Source: Patescibacteria group bacterium
GTDB lineage: Bacteria > Patescibacteriota > Microgenomatia > UBA1400 > PJMF01
Direction of reading: 5' to 3'
DNA length: 64,000 bases
NCBI GenBank assembly: GCA_023382875.1
Contig: JAHDXH010000002.1
Coordinates: 5,724-69,723, forward strand
Each line of letters starts with the position of its first letter. The stretch's first letter is position 1. The notes beneath the pieces were generated by a model. It had not been told where the DNA came from. It did no database searches and saw only the letters and a list, made by a program, of their open reading frames with translations. A program made the position numbers and the translations under genes. Shown piece by piece: positions 1 to 8,643 of the stretch.

Positions 1-2176
1 TGCTTTCAAAAGTCGAGTTTTAAGAGACGGCGTTTGGCAAACTATTGCCAGTAAAAAATTGGTGGTGGGCGATGTGGTTAAGTTAAGAATCGGCGATCTT
101 GTTCCAGCTGATATTTTGATGACTGAAGTTGATGGCCTATCTGCTAATGAAAGTACTCTGACCGGTGAATCAGTACCAGTAGAAAAAAGAGTTGAAGATA
201 AAATTTTCATGGGTACATCCGTAGCTAGTGGATTGGGTATCGGCGAAGTAGTGGCCACAGGTAAATCGACTAAATTAGGCGAGTTGTCAAAAGATTTAGA
301 GAAGAAAGCTCCGCAAACCGAGTTTCAAAAACAAACAAAAAATTTTTCTAAGTTAATTTTCCAAATGACGGCAGTAATGACGATTTTTGTTTTCATTGCT
401 TCGTCGCTAAATGAAAAAAGTTTCTTTGATGCATTCTTTTTTGCTGTGGCTTTGGCTGTCGGTATGGCTCCTGAGTTATTGCCAGCTATTGTAACCATTA
501 CTTTGTCTCATGGCGCGAGAGCAATGGTGAAGAAAAAAGTGATTGTTAAAAGATTGATTGCCGTAGAAAACTTAGGCAACGTGGATACGCTTTGTTCCGA
601 TAAAACCGGCACCCTGACTAGAGGTAGTTTTGCCTTGGTTGGCTATCGTTCCTTGAAGGTGGCGGGAGATGAACAATTGTTGATGAAGTCACTTCTTTGT
701 TCTGACAATTTTATCAATCAAAGTAGCGATGCATTGGCAACACCAGTCGATGAAGCTTTATGGAAGGCGGCGGCCTCCAAAAAACATCAGGCTCGTCTTA
801 AAACTTACAAAAAATTAGACCAAAACGAATTTGATTACGACCGCCGCCGCATGAGCGTTTTGGTCACTAACCGTAAGGAAAAAGTTTTAGTTGTTAAAGG
901 TGCGCCAAGTTCAATTTTAAGTTGTTCGGTTTTGGTAAAGGATGAGAACCGCATTGTCAAACTGACAGAAAAATTAAATAAGGAAATCAAAAATTTAGTC
1001 GCCGAATATGAAAAGCATGGTGTGAGAGTGATCGCAGTTGCTGAGCGCGATTTTCATCTTGATAAAACTACCGCCGCTGATGAAAAAAACTTAACCTTCT
1101 TAGGATTATTGTTATTTGAAGATCCAGTTAAGTCATCGGCCAAAGAAGCAATTGCGCAACTAAGATCACTTGGTGTCGAAATCAAAATCATTAGTGGCGA
1201 TTCTTTGCCAGTTACCCATGCTATAGCAAATCAAGCCGGTATCAAAGTTGGAACTTCTGAGGTTATTCACGGGGATGTTTTGGCTAAATTAACTGCCAAA
1301 GAGTTTGAGCAACATGTAATTAAATACAACGTTTTTGCCAGAGTGACACCAAGTCAAAAATATCAAATTGTCATGGCTCTCAATAGAAAGAAACATGTGG
1401 TGGCCTTCTTGGGCGACGGTGTAAATGATGCGCCCGCTCTTAAAGCTGCAGATGTTGGAATTAGCGTTGATACTGGCGCTCAAATCAGTAAGGAAGCTGC
1501 CGATATTATTTTGCTCAAAAAAGATTTGAAGTTTTTGGCCGATGGAATTGTTGAAGGTCGCAAAACCTTTGGCAATATCATGAAATATATTTTCAATACC
1601 ATTTCTGCTAACAACGGCAATATGTTAACAGTGACTTTAGCTTCGGCTTTTTTGAAATTTATTCCCATGTTGCCTTCACAAATCCTGCTCAATAACTTTA
1701 TTTCCGATATCCCGCTTTTGGCAGTAGCAACAGATAGAGTTGATCCTCATTTCACCAGCAAACCCAAGCGCTGGAACATGAAAAAAATTTGGATTTTTAT
1801 GATGGTTTTTGGCTTGCTTTCGACATTCTTTGATTTATTTTTACTTTTGCCAATGATTTTCGTTTGGAAAGTTTCGCCAGAAATTTTTAGAACTGCTTGG
1901 TTTATTGAATCTTCATTGTCGGAAATCTTAATTACTTTTTCAATTCGAACCAAGTTGGTTTTCTTTAAAAGTGTGCCAAGTTGGCTGCTAATTGGTTTGA
2001 GTCTTTTCTCTTCACTTTTAATTGTTGGTTTGCCCATTCTTGGCATCGGGCAAAAGATGTTCGAGTTTGTTGATATTCCTAGACAAATTTGGCTCTGGAT
2101 TGGTTTGGGATTAGCTCTATACTTCTTATGTGCGGAGTTTTTAAAAAGAATTTTCTACCGCTATTTTGAAGATTGA
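1..2176 (+). CDS. P-type cation-transporting ATPase (MgtA / Ca2+-ATPase-like); 5' end lies outside the window
   Basis: Reading frame open from base 2, so the track start at 59 is not the true start. TGES actuator motif, DKTGTLT phosphorylation motif, GDGVNDAPALKAADVGI hinge motif and hydrophobic C-terminal helices are visible in the translation. Confidence 0.9.
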   Translation, partial: AFKSRVLRDGVWQTIASKKLVVGDVVKLRIGDLVPADILMTEVDGLSANESTLTGESVPVEKRVEDKIFMGTSVASGLGIGEVVATGKSTKLGELSKDLEKKAPQTEFQKQTKNFSKLIFQMTAVMTIFVFIASSLNEKSFFDAFFFAVALAVGMAPELLPAIVTITLSHGARAMVKKKVIVKRLIAVENLGNVDTLCSDKTGTLTRGSFALVGYRSLKVAGDEQLLMKSLLCSDNFINQSSDALATPVDEALWKAAASKKHQARLKTYKKLDQNEFDYDRRRMSVLVTNRKEKVLVVKGAPSSILSCSVLVKDENRIVKLTEKLNKEIKNLVAEYEKHGVRVIAVAERDFHLDKTTAADEKNLTFLGLLLFEDPVKSSAKEAIAQLRSLGVEIKIISGDSLPVTHAIANQAGIKVGTSEVIHGDVLAKLTAKEFEQHVIKYNVFARVTPSQKYQIVMALNRKKHVVAFLGDGVNDAPALKAADVGISVDTGAQISKEAADIILLKKDLKFLADGIVEGRKTFGNIMKYIFNTISANNGNMLTVTLASAFLKFIPMLPSQILLNNFISDIPLLAVATDRVDPHFTSKPKRWNMKKIWIFMMVFGLLSTFFDLFLLLPMIFVWKVSPEIFRTAWFIESSLSEILITFSIRTKLVFFKSVPSWLLIGLSLFSSLLIVGLPILGIGQKMFEFVDIPRQIWLWIGLGLALYFLCAEFLKRIFYRYFED

Positions 2177-2212
2177 TATACTTTCCAGATTAATTTCAGA
2201 TTAAATTGACTA

Positions 2213-2241
2213 TTGATTTATACATATTGGCTGTGTATAAT
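2213..2241 (+). promoter_or_regulatory. sigma70-like promoter (TTGATT, 17 bp spacer, TATAAT) upstream of small ORF 2297..2458
   Basis: Near-consensus -35 and -10 hexamers with 17-bp spacing read directly from the sequence; GAGGTGA Shine-Dalgarno 7 nt before the ATG. Confidence 0.4.
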
Positions 2242-2296
2242 GTCGCTGTGCTTTCAAAAGCACAAAAACGACGATTTAGTGACGTGAGGTGATAAC

Positions 2297-2458
2297 ATGT
2301 CCAGTAAGCACGCTTTGGTAGACCGCAGTTGGAATCGCTGGCTTCAGAGCCACAACGGGCAACTCTTCTTAGCCAAGATGGCGAAGAAGGAAGACAAGTC
2401 GGCAACGACCCCAACCACGAATACCGCCAACGCCACATCGCCGGTTAAGAAGAGTTAG
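2297..2458 (+). CDS. small hypothetical protein (53 aa, basic, Thr-rich C-terminus)
   Basis: ATG with strong SD, own promoter and a downstream hairpin plus T-run. Below the 60-aa cutoff of the ORF track. Local G+C is higher than the flanks. Confidence 0.4.
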   Translation: MSSKHALVDRSWNRWLQSHNGQLFLAKMAKKEDKSATTPTTNTANATSPVKKS

Positions 2459-2493
2459 GTCAACTTATTCTTCTTACAAGCACCCAAAAGTGT

Positions 2494-2520
2494 CAGCCTT
2501 CAACCGCTGGCGCTTTTTTT
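2494..2520 (+). terminator. weak hairpin (CAGC..GCTG) followed by T7 run after the small ORF
   Basis: Short stem but a 7-T run; lies 36 nt after the stop of 2297..2458. Confidence 0.3.
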
Positions 2521-2545
2521 AGCCAAAAATCCAAATTTTAGATAA

Positions 2546-2581
2546 AAAATAAACCCCTCCAGTGACGAAGGGGCTTTTTGT
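2546..2581. terminator. bidirectional rho-independent terminator (CCCCT-loop-AGGGG, A-run before, T-run after)
   Basis: Hairpin flanked by an A-tract upstream and TTTTT downstream, placed between convergent small genes 2297..2458 (+) and 2601..2819 (-). Confidence 0.6.
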
Positions 2582-2600
2582 ATTTGGCTGCGGGCGGTGG

Positions 2601-2819
2601 TTAATCGCCACCGGGCCCGTTCCAATACTCATCCGAGTAAAGGGTAAGGCTTCCCACTAAAAAGAAGATGATGGTGATGAGGATAATGGGCCAGTCCCAG
2701 ACACCAATGAAGAACATAAAGCTCTCAACGATGACTGCAACTACCCCGATTAACGCACAATAAACCGCCCATCTCACATTGTGTGGTTGGCCACTCAGCC
2801 AGTTGGTCAGGTTTTGCAT
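2601..2819 (-). CDS. small membrane protein (72 aa, two predicted hydrophobic helices)
   Basis: ORF in track; hydrophobic stretches VAVIVESFMFFIGVW and IILITIIFFLVGSL; convergent with the preceding small ORF; GC-elevated. Confidence 0.5.
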   Translation of the reverse strand: MQNLTNWLSGQPHNVRWAVYCALIGVVAVIVESFMFFIGVWDWPIILITIIFFLVGSLTLYSDEYWNGPGGD

Positions 2820-2914
2820 GGCAAATCTCCTTTGCTCTAAACCATTTCCAAGTGGGTATCCTAGGTCTAATTACTTAATTTGTCAATGTTTTCTTGACTA
2901 AGAGTCCTATAGTA

Positions 2915-2943
2915 TTGACAAATCATATAAAAAATGTTATAAT
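2915..2943 (+). promoter_or_regulatory. consensus sigma70 promoter TTGACA, 17 bp spacer, TGtTATAAT (extended -10)
   Basis: Perfect -35 and -10 hexamers with TG extension. It lies inside the annotated 2894..3178 ORF, so the real start is downstream. Confidence 0.55.
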
Positions 2944-2995
2944 GATGTTGGTTGTTCGAACCAAAAGACAGATGACTAAGGAGATTTTTAACATC

Positions 2996-3178
2996 ATGAA
3001 GAAATTCCGGTATTGGTCGCGCACCAACAATCGCTTCATCCGTATCTACGCTGTGGTTGGGGAATTCGAGGTCGTTGTTTTTTACGAAGACCTGCAACCC
3101 TTCCATAAGGGCTATGAGATTGAAGACTGGAAAAATGCCATCCAGAACGGCGAGATAATCGCTGACTGGGACGAATAA
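2996..3178 (+). CDS. small hypothetical protein (about 60 aa; alternative start at 2972)
   Basis: AAGGAG SD at 2978 sits downstream of a strong promoter that is inside the longer track ORF. Followed by a clean terminator. Confidence 0.5.
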   Translation: MKKFRYWSRTNNRFIRIYAVVGEFEVVVFYEDLQPFHKGYEIEDWKNAIQNGEIIADWDE

Positions 3179-3192
3179 CCAACAAACAGAAG

Positions 3193-3220
3193 GCAGGGGA
3201 CTCAAAGACCCTGCTTTTTT
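3193..3220 (+). terminator. rho-independent terminator (GCAGGG-loop-CCCTGC plus T6)
   Basis: 6-bp GC stem followed by TTTTTT immediately after the stop at 3178. Confidence 0.7.
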
Positions 3221-3284
3221 GCGTCCATTTTTTGTTTTTTTCTGACTCGTTGAATTTTATCTGGCTAACTGATAGTTTTGAGGT

Positions 3285-4391
3285 ATGAATCCAAAGTTGA
3301 TGAACATCGGTTTTTTTAAAAGTATTGTTAAAAAACTAACTTGGCTATTTGGCTTGATTTTTATCTTTGGTGGCTTCTCTGAATTTTCTTCCAATAATTT
3401 TATTTTTGGATTAAGTGGTATTTTATTGGGCTTGAGTTTTTTGCCGATTTTTTGGTCATTTTTAAATAAAAAATTTAACTTATCGCCATCTATTTTCAAA
3501 AAAGCTGGAGTGGTGTTTGTCTTAATGTCGCTGTTCGGATACTTGGCACCACCAACAGAAAAAGTGCCTCAGACTTTGGTGCAAAATTCATTAGCGCCTA
3601 CACAAGAAGCAACAACTTCGGCTGAAAAACAGGTTGGAGTCGTTGTGGAGGAAATTGGTCAAGTGACTAGGGTGGTTGATGGTGATACTTTGGAAGTTTT
3701 GGTTGGTGGTCAGGCGATGAAAATTAGAGTGATTGGTATTAATACGCCAGAAACAGTTGATCCCAGAAAATCTGTAGAATGTTTTGGCCAGCAAGCTTCT
3801 AGTGAAGCGAAAAGATTATTGGAAAATCAGCAAGTTCGTTTAGAAATTGACCCAACTCAAGGTGATAAAGATAAATACGATCGCTATCTTAGATTTGTTT
3901 GGCTCGAAAATGGCAATTCTGATTATGGAAAACAGATGATTGCTAACGGTTTTGCTTTTGAATACACCTATCAAACACCTTATAAATATCAGGCAGAATA
4001 CAAATTAGCTCAACAAACAGCAGAAGCTGAGAAAAAAGGTTTGTGGGCTGATGATGCTTGTGTAATCACAGCCACTCCAACGCCTTCGCCGGCGGCATTG
4101 GTGGTGCCAACACCATCTCCTAAGCCAACATCAAAACCAACTGTTGCTCCAAAAATTAGTCCGTCACCAAAGCCAACTACAAGCGTTAAGTCAAATAACT
4201 CTGGTAGCACTAGCTCTGGAGGTTCGGCTGGAAGAAGTTGCACTGGCCCTGATTTGGATTGCAAAGACTTTGCTACACACGCTGAGGCACAAGCATTCTT
4301 TAATGGCTGTGGTTTTACGGCGACCAACGATCCAATGAAGTTGGATGGTACTGGCGTTGACGACGGAATTGCCTGCGAGGACAGGCCTTAG
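3285..4391 (+). CDS. membrane-anchored secreted thermonuclease (SNase/micrococcal nuclease fold) with Pro/Thr-rich linker and C-terminal Excalibur calcium-binding domain
   Basis: N-terminal hydrophobic helices; VVDGDTLEV...IRVIGINTPET SNase motif; PTPSP/KPT low-complexity linker; C-terminal DCKDF...DGTGVDDGIACE Excalibur-type DxDxDGxxCE motif. Confidence 0.85.
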   Translation: MNPKLMNIGFFKSIVKKLTWLFGLIFIFGGFSEFSSNNFIFGLSGILLGLSFLPIFWSFLNKKFNLSPSIFKKAGVVFVLMSLFGYLAPPTEKVPQTLVQNSLAPTQEATTSAEKQVGVVVEEIGQVTRVVDGDTLEVLVGGQAMKIRVIGINTPETVDPRKSVECFGQQASSEAKRLLENQQVRLEIDPTQGDKDKYDRYLRFVWLENGNSDYGKQMIANGFAFEYTYQTPYKYQAEYKLAQQTAEAEKKGLWADDACVITATPTPSPAALVVPTPSPKPTSKPTVAPKISPSPKPTTSVKSNNSGSTSSGGSAGRSCTGPDLDCKDFATHAEAQAFFNGCGFTATNDPMKLDGTGVDDGIACEDRP

Positions 4392-4393
4392 AG

Positions 4394-5581
4394 TTATTTC
4401 AAACTTTGGATAACTTTTTTGGTTAAGGTTTCCACTAAGTTTGGATAAAATGGTGAAACGATCACTTCTTCTGCAGTTGGGTTTGGTGTTAGTGAGGCCA
4501 AAGCATCAACCAAGGCAATTTTTACTTCAGGCGTAATTTGTTTCAAGTTTAATTTATGTGCGATATTGAAAATTGCCGGGAAAGCCAAAACGTTATTAAT
4601 TTGGTTTTTGAAATCACTTCTGCCAGTGGCAATTACATAGGCGCCAGCTTTTTTGGCCTCATCGGGCATAATCTCTGGATCTGGATTTGCCATAGCAAAA
4701 ATAATTGATTTTTTGGCCAGTTTTTTAACTAATTCTGGAGTAATACTGCCTGGTCCAGAAACACCCACCAAAACATCAAAGCCTCCCAGTGTTTCGAGTG
4801 GCGATCCTTGAATAAGGTCGTTGTTGCTGATGCCAGCAACAGCTTGCTTGTAAACATTCATTCCTGATCGACCTCTGTATAAAGCACCTTGGCGGTCAAA
4901 CACCACTACGTCTTTGACGCGTGGTAAGGCGTTAATAATTGAACAGTTGTCAAAATAACAAGTAGCTCCCAGAAGCATTTTAGCGATAGCTAGGCCAGCT
5001 GCGCCTGAGCCAATGATACCGACTCTTAGTGATTCGTAGGGTTTATCAACAACTTTGGCAGCATTACGAAGGGCGGCCGCAACGACGATGGCTGTGCCGT
5101 GTTGATCATCGTGGAAAACAGGAATGCCAATGTCTTGCAACGCCTCTTCAACTTCAAAGCAGTTGGGAGCAGTAATATCTTCAAGATTAATGGCAGAAAA
5201 AGTGGGGGCAACTTGCTCGACAAACCGGATTAATTCTCGTGGCTCTTTGGTATTTACGACTAAAGGAAATGAATCTAAACCTGAAAATCTTTTGATCAAT
5301 AAAGCTTTGCCCTCCATGACTGGTAAGGCAGCTTCTGGACCAATATTACCAAGACCAAGCACAGCCGAACCATCTGAGATGACGGCCACAGTGCGACCAC
5401 TTAAGGTAAGCTTTTTAGCAAGGTTTTTGTCTTTCGCCACTGCTCTGGAAACGGCACCAACGCCGGGGGTGTAAGCGAGGGATAAGTCGGTGGCGTTATT
5501 AATTTCTACTTTGGAAGTAATTTCCAATTTCCCTTGATGTTTGGCGTGTAAATCGATGGCTTGTTCTGAGATGTCTGGCAT
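4394..5581 (-). CDS. NAD(P)-dependent malic enzyme (short, YtsJ/MaeB N-domain type)
   Basis: DLSLAYTPGV, VAVISDGSAVLGLGNIGPEAALPVMEGKALL and the GIIGSGAAG Rossmann motif are typical of bacterial malic enzymes. Confidence 0.9.
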   Translation of the reverse strand: MPDISEQAIDLHAKHQGKLEITSKVEINNATDLSLAYTPGVGAVSRAVAKDKNLAKKLTLSGRTVAVISDGSAVLGLGNIGPEAALPVMEGKALLIKRFSGLDSFPLVVNTKEPRELIRFVEQVAPTFSAINLEDITAPNCFEVEEALQDIGIPVFHDDQHGTAIVVAAALRNAAKVVDKPYESLRVGIIGSGAAGLAIAKMLLGATCYFDNCSIINALPRVKDVVVFDRQGALYRGRSGMNVYKQAVAGISNNDLIQGSPLETLGGFDVLVGVSGPGSITPELVKKLAKKSIIFAMANPDPEIMPDEAKKAGAYVIATGRSDFKNQINNVLAFPAIFNIAHKLNLKQITPEVKIALVDALASLTPNPTAEEVIVSPFYPNLVETLTKKVIQSLK

Positions 5582-5620
5582 AAGTTAAAAAAGTATAGCA
5601 GGGTGGGGAAGAAAAGAGAA

Positions 5621-5650
5621 TGCAAAAAGGAGCGCTGGTTGAGGGCGCTC
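5621..5650 (-). terminator. rho-independent terminator for 5677..6303 (GGAGCGC-loop-GCGCTCC; T-run on minus strand)
   Basis: 7-bp GC stem; on the minus strand it is followed by TTTTTGC. Confidence 0.6.
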
Positions 5651-5676
5651 CTGTTTGTTGTTGAATAAATGAGAAA

Positions 5677-6303
5677 TTAATCTGGTTTCTCACTACCGAC
5701 TGATGCTTTGTAGATTTCGTGTGCAAGTTCTAGACGGCGAACAAGCTCTTGCCAAGATAGTTTATCAGTTGGGTCGTCAGTTTCTTCCATTTTACTTTGA
5801 GTATAAACTGACCGAATACGATAAATGGCATATACCTGTTTTGGAGTCTGTGGGGTAAAATCTTTAGCCACAGAATATCCTGTTAAGCCCAACCATTTAA
5901 ATGGATGGGTCAAATAGGAATCGCAGAGCATGTCTACAGGTCGTGGGTTGCGATTTGGGTCTTGAAGCTCACGAAGTCTCTTTTCAACTTCTTCTTCTTG
6001 TTGATTTAGCAGTCTTTTACTTTCTTCTTGAGCCACTTCAAATCCGTTATCTGTTCTTGAGCCAATAGCCAATCCTCCCAGATAAGAATTCCACTCAGAG
6101 GTCGATGGCGATTCAAGCCACTCATCATATAATGCAGCCATTTTGGCTTCACTTTTTTGAGCCAAATGAACTTCCAATGCTTCAACTGTAGGCAGCCAAG
6201 CATAAAGTAATCCGCTGTCCGACAGTTCATTTGGCAATACTGAACGCAATTTTTTGTACTCAGCACTTGCAACGAACATTTCCCACTTAGTTCTTTTTGC
6301 CAT
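5677..6303 (-). CDS. hypothetical protein (208 aa), no recognisable motif
   Basis: Long ORF with its own terminator; coding-like composition; no family recognised by eye. Confidence 0.6.
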   Translation of the reverse strand: MAKRTKWEMFVASAEYKKLRSVLPNELSDSGLLYAWLPTVEALEVHLAQKSEAKMAALYDEWLESPSTSEWNSYLGGLAIGSRTDNGFEVAQEESKRLLNQQEEEVEKRLRELQDPNRNPRPVDMLCDSYLTHPFKWLGLTGYSVAKDFTPQTPKQVYAIYRIRSVYTQSKMEETDDPTDKLSWQELVRRLELAHEIYKASVGSEKPD

Positions 6304-6396
6304 TTTTACACCTCCATGTGTATTGGCTGAAATCGTTTGTTAAATAACAACGAATTATATCACTATAGGATTTAAAAACTTTTTTTAAATAAAAAA

Positions 6397-6429
6397 AGAC
6401 TCGCATATGCAAGTCTAATTAATTTTTTT
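6397..6429. terminator. palindromic hairpin AGACTCGCATATGCAAGTCT flanked by A-run and T-run (bidirectional), downstream of tRNA-Asp
   Basis: Near-perfect 20-bp palindrome with A7 before and T7 after. Confidence 0.5.
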
Positions 6430-6434
6430 ATATC

Positions 6435-6511
6435 TGGCGACCCCAACCGGGCTCGAACCGGTGATCTTTTCCGTGACAGGGAAATATGTTAACCAACTAC
6501 ACCATGGGGCC
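6435..6511 (-). tRNA. tRNA-Asp (anticodon GTC)
   Basis: Reverse complement folds as a cloverleaf: 7-bp acceptor stem, TTCGAGC T-loop, anticodon loop CTGTCAC, 3' CCA encoded. Confidence 0.85.
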
Positions 6512-6524
6512 AGTTAGACAGCTA

Positions 6525-7073
6525 TTATACTTTAGACAGCTGGTTTTTGCCAAGTCTAATTTCTGAAGCTTCGCCAAGATCCCAAGTTTTCAAAGTGGTT
6601 TTTTTAGCTTCGGCTCTTTTTTTCAAGTAAAGGTAGCCATAACCAAAGACAAAATCAGCGATCAAGGTATTACGATAGAAAGGTAAAGCCAAGATATAGC
6701 AGGCTAAAAAGCCCTCTAAATTGTGAGGATACCAAAAGTACCATGAGCCAAAATTAGACAAAGCAAAAAAAGCAAATGAAGCGATAGGCAAGTATAAAGC
6801 TTGCTTGGTGGGGTTGTTTTTGGCAAGCTTTCCCAATAAATAATAAGCACCAAAGCCTAAATAGGTAAAGATGAAGCCTTTGTAAAAACCACCAACGGCA
6901 AGATCAAATAAAACGATTGAACCAAAGTAGAGCCAGAAGTTTTGGCCAAAAAAACCAAAACTGCCCAGTGGACTAAAATTGGCGGGTAAGAAGCCAAATC
7001 TAGAAATAAAGACGGCAAGAGTAGTGGTCCACTTTTTAAGGCGGACAAGTTTGCTAGAGTTCGATTTTTTCAT
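6525..7073 (-). CDS. integral membrane protein (5-6 helices), possible ECF-type substrate-capture (S) component
   Basis: Highly hydrophobic 182-aa ORF overlapping by 20 nt, so co-transcribed with the upstream DUF4430-like gene. The S-component assignment is inferred from this gene pairing only. Confidence 0.5.
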   Translation of the reverse strand: MKKSNSSKLVRLKKWTTTLAVFISRFGFLPANFSPLGSFGFFGQNFWLYFGSIVLFDLAVGGFYKGFIFTYLGFGAYYLLGKLAKNNPTKQALYLPIASFAFFALSNFGSWYFWYPHNLEGFLACYILALPFYRNTLIADFVFGYGYLYLKKRAEAKKTTLKTWDLGEASEIRLGKNQLSKV

Positions 7074-7569
7074 ATTTGAATTCGATCACTTCACCAGGAT
7101 TGACGACAACGGAGTCGGCTCCACTTTGAGATTTTTCACCGTTTAGGTAAAAAGCCCAGAAGTTTTCATTGTTACCTGGAAGATCGTTAATGCTTTCGAT
7201 AAAGAAACCAAAATCATATTTTTTATATTTAACCCCTGGAACACTCTCGACTAGATGGGAAAAAGCAGTTTTTCCGCTGATAGTGGCTTCAATGCGAACG
7301 TATTTTGGCTCGATGACGACAGGATTAGCGCTGTTGACTATGTCAGAAGCACTTGCATTTTGAAGACTGGCTGAGTCACTAGTTTGGAGTTTCTCCAGGT
7401 CACCCAACTCAAGAGGTAAATCCGCCATGTGTTCGTTTTGTGTGGAAGTTGCTTGGCCACGGTTGAAGATGCCGCTCAGGCTGCCACGTTGGGCGAGGAA
7501 GTTGGCAAAACCGAGTGCAGCTAAAATTAATCCGATAACTGCGTATGAAATAACTTGTTTGTTTTTCAT
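7054..7569 (-). CDS. secreted/membrane-anchored DUF4430-like protein (transcobalamin-like fold family)
   Basis: N-terminal signal/anchor helix; C-terminal FWAFYLNGEKSQSGADSVVVNPGEVIEFKY resembles the DUF4430 signature. Confidence 0.55.
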   Translation of the reverse strand: MKNKQVISYAVIGLILAALGFANFLAQRGSLSGIFNRGQATSTQNEHMADLPLELGDLEKLQTSDSASLQNASASDIVNSANPVVIEPKYVRIEATISGKTAFSHLVESVPGVKYKKYDFGFFIESINDLPGNNENFWAFYLNGEKSQSGADSVVVNPGEVIEFKYEKIEL

Positions 7570-7608
7570 GGAAAGATGATTCTAGCACAGTCGTGCTACT
7601 ATGGAATT

Positions 7609-8637
7609 ATGAAATTAAAACTCACAAAAACCATGACTAATGGCCAAATTGCCGAAGTCTTTAAGTTTATTTCTGAGATTTTGGGCTTGGAAGAGGGGAA
7701 TCTTTTTCGCACCAAAGCTTACCAAGAAGCTGCTGAAGTTATTGCACAGTGGAATGAACCACTGGTAGATATTTATGCTGATCATACTGACGAAGAAATT
7801 CTGCAAGTTTTTATTGATATGCCCGGAATTGGTGAAGGTATCGCTAAAAAATTGGTTGAGTTATTTTCAACTGGCAAGATTAAATCTTTTGCCAAATATG
7901 TAGAAGAATTGCCTGAAGGAATGTTTGAGCTTTGTCAGGTAGCGGGGATTGGTGCTAAAAAAGCTTATCGTATTTGTTCACAACTGCCAGTGCACGCCGA
8001 TAGGCCGCTGGCCGATGTGCTGGCATTAGCCAAAGAGGGACGAATTAGAAAACTAGAGGGTTTTGGTGAAAAGAGTGAAGCTGAGCTGATCAAAGCCATT
8101 GAAAATTATCAGGCCAGTGGTCGAATGCCTTATGAAGAAGCTAATCGTTTGGCTGAGGAAATTGTCTGGGAACTTAAAAAAGACGCAAATTTGGAAAAGA
8201 TAGAGGTTTTGGGATCATTAAGAAGAAAAAATTCCAGTATTGGCGATATTGATCTTGGGATTGTGACAAATAATTTGGCAGCAACCAAAGAGTTTGTTAA
8301 GAATTTTAAATTGGCTAAACGAAGTGTGATTTTGGGCGACGGCCTAATGAGATTACAACTAAAAAATGGCCATCAGGTTGATATTAAAGTTTCACCATTA
8401 AATGAGTGGGGTAGTTTTTTACAGCATTTTACGGGTAGCAAAGAACACAATATTAAATTGAGACGTTTTGCTTTGAGTAAAGGATTTTCTTTGTCAGAAC
8501 ATGGCATTTTGGTCAAGGCAACGGGTGAAGTTTTGACCTTTGCCAACGAAACTAAATTTTATAATCATTTGGGCTTAAACCTCATTCCGCCAGCAGAGAG
8601 GATCGGTGGTGATGAGATTGAGCGTTACCAGTTATAA
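7609..8637 (+). CDS. DNA polymerase X family (Pol beta-like; lyase domain plus nucleotidyltransferase domain, no PHP domain)
   Basis: N-terminal IAEVFKFISEILGL..FRTKAYQEAA 8-kDa domain signature; GSLRRKNSSIGDIDLGI nucleotidyltransferase GS..DxD motif. Start chosen at the ATG at 7609, not the track start at 7555. Confidence 0.8.
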   Translation: MKLKLTKTMTNGQIAEVFKFISEILGLEEGNLFRTKAYQEAAEVIAQWNEPLVDIYADHTDEEILQVFIDMPGIGEGIAKKLVELFSTGKIKSFAKYVEELPEGMFELCQVAGIGAKKAYRICSQLPVHADRPLADVLALAKEGRIRKLEGFGEKSEAELIKAIENYQASGRMPYEEANRLAEEIVWELKKDANLEKIEVLGSLRRKNSSIGDIDLGIVTNNLAATKEFVKNFKLAKRSVILGDGLMRLQLKNGHQVDIKVSPLNEWGSFLQHFTGSKEHNIKLRRFALSKGFSLSEHGILVKATGEVLTFANETKFYNHLGLNLIPPAERIGGDEIERYQL

Positions 8638-8643
8638 TAGGCT

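Noticed and set aside
2196-2438. 80-aa minus-strand ORF
   Set aside because: It is antisense to the promoter, SD and coding region of the better-supported plus-strand small ORF 2297..2458 and has no SD of its own. It is also Trp/Arg/Ser-rich, as expected for a GC-rich antisense frame.
2894-3178. 94-aa version of the small ORF starting at 2894
   Set aside because: A consensus promoter (2915-2943) sits inside it, so transcription starts downstream. The gene is called from 2996 (or 2972).
2867-3205. 112-aa minus-strand ORF overlapping the 2996..3178 gene
   Set aside because: Antisense to a promoter-driven, terminator-ended plus-strand gene. It spans the terminator hairpin and has no expression signals.
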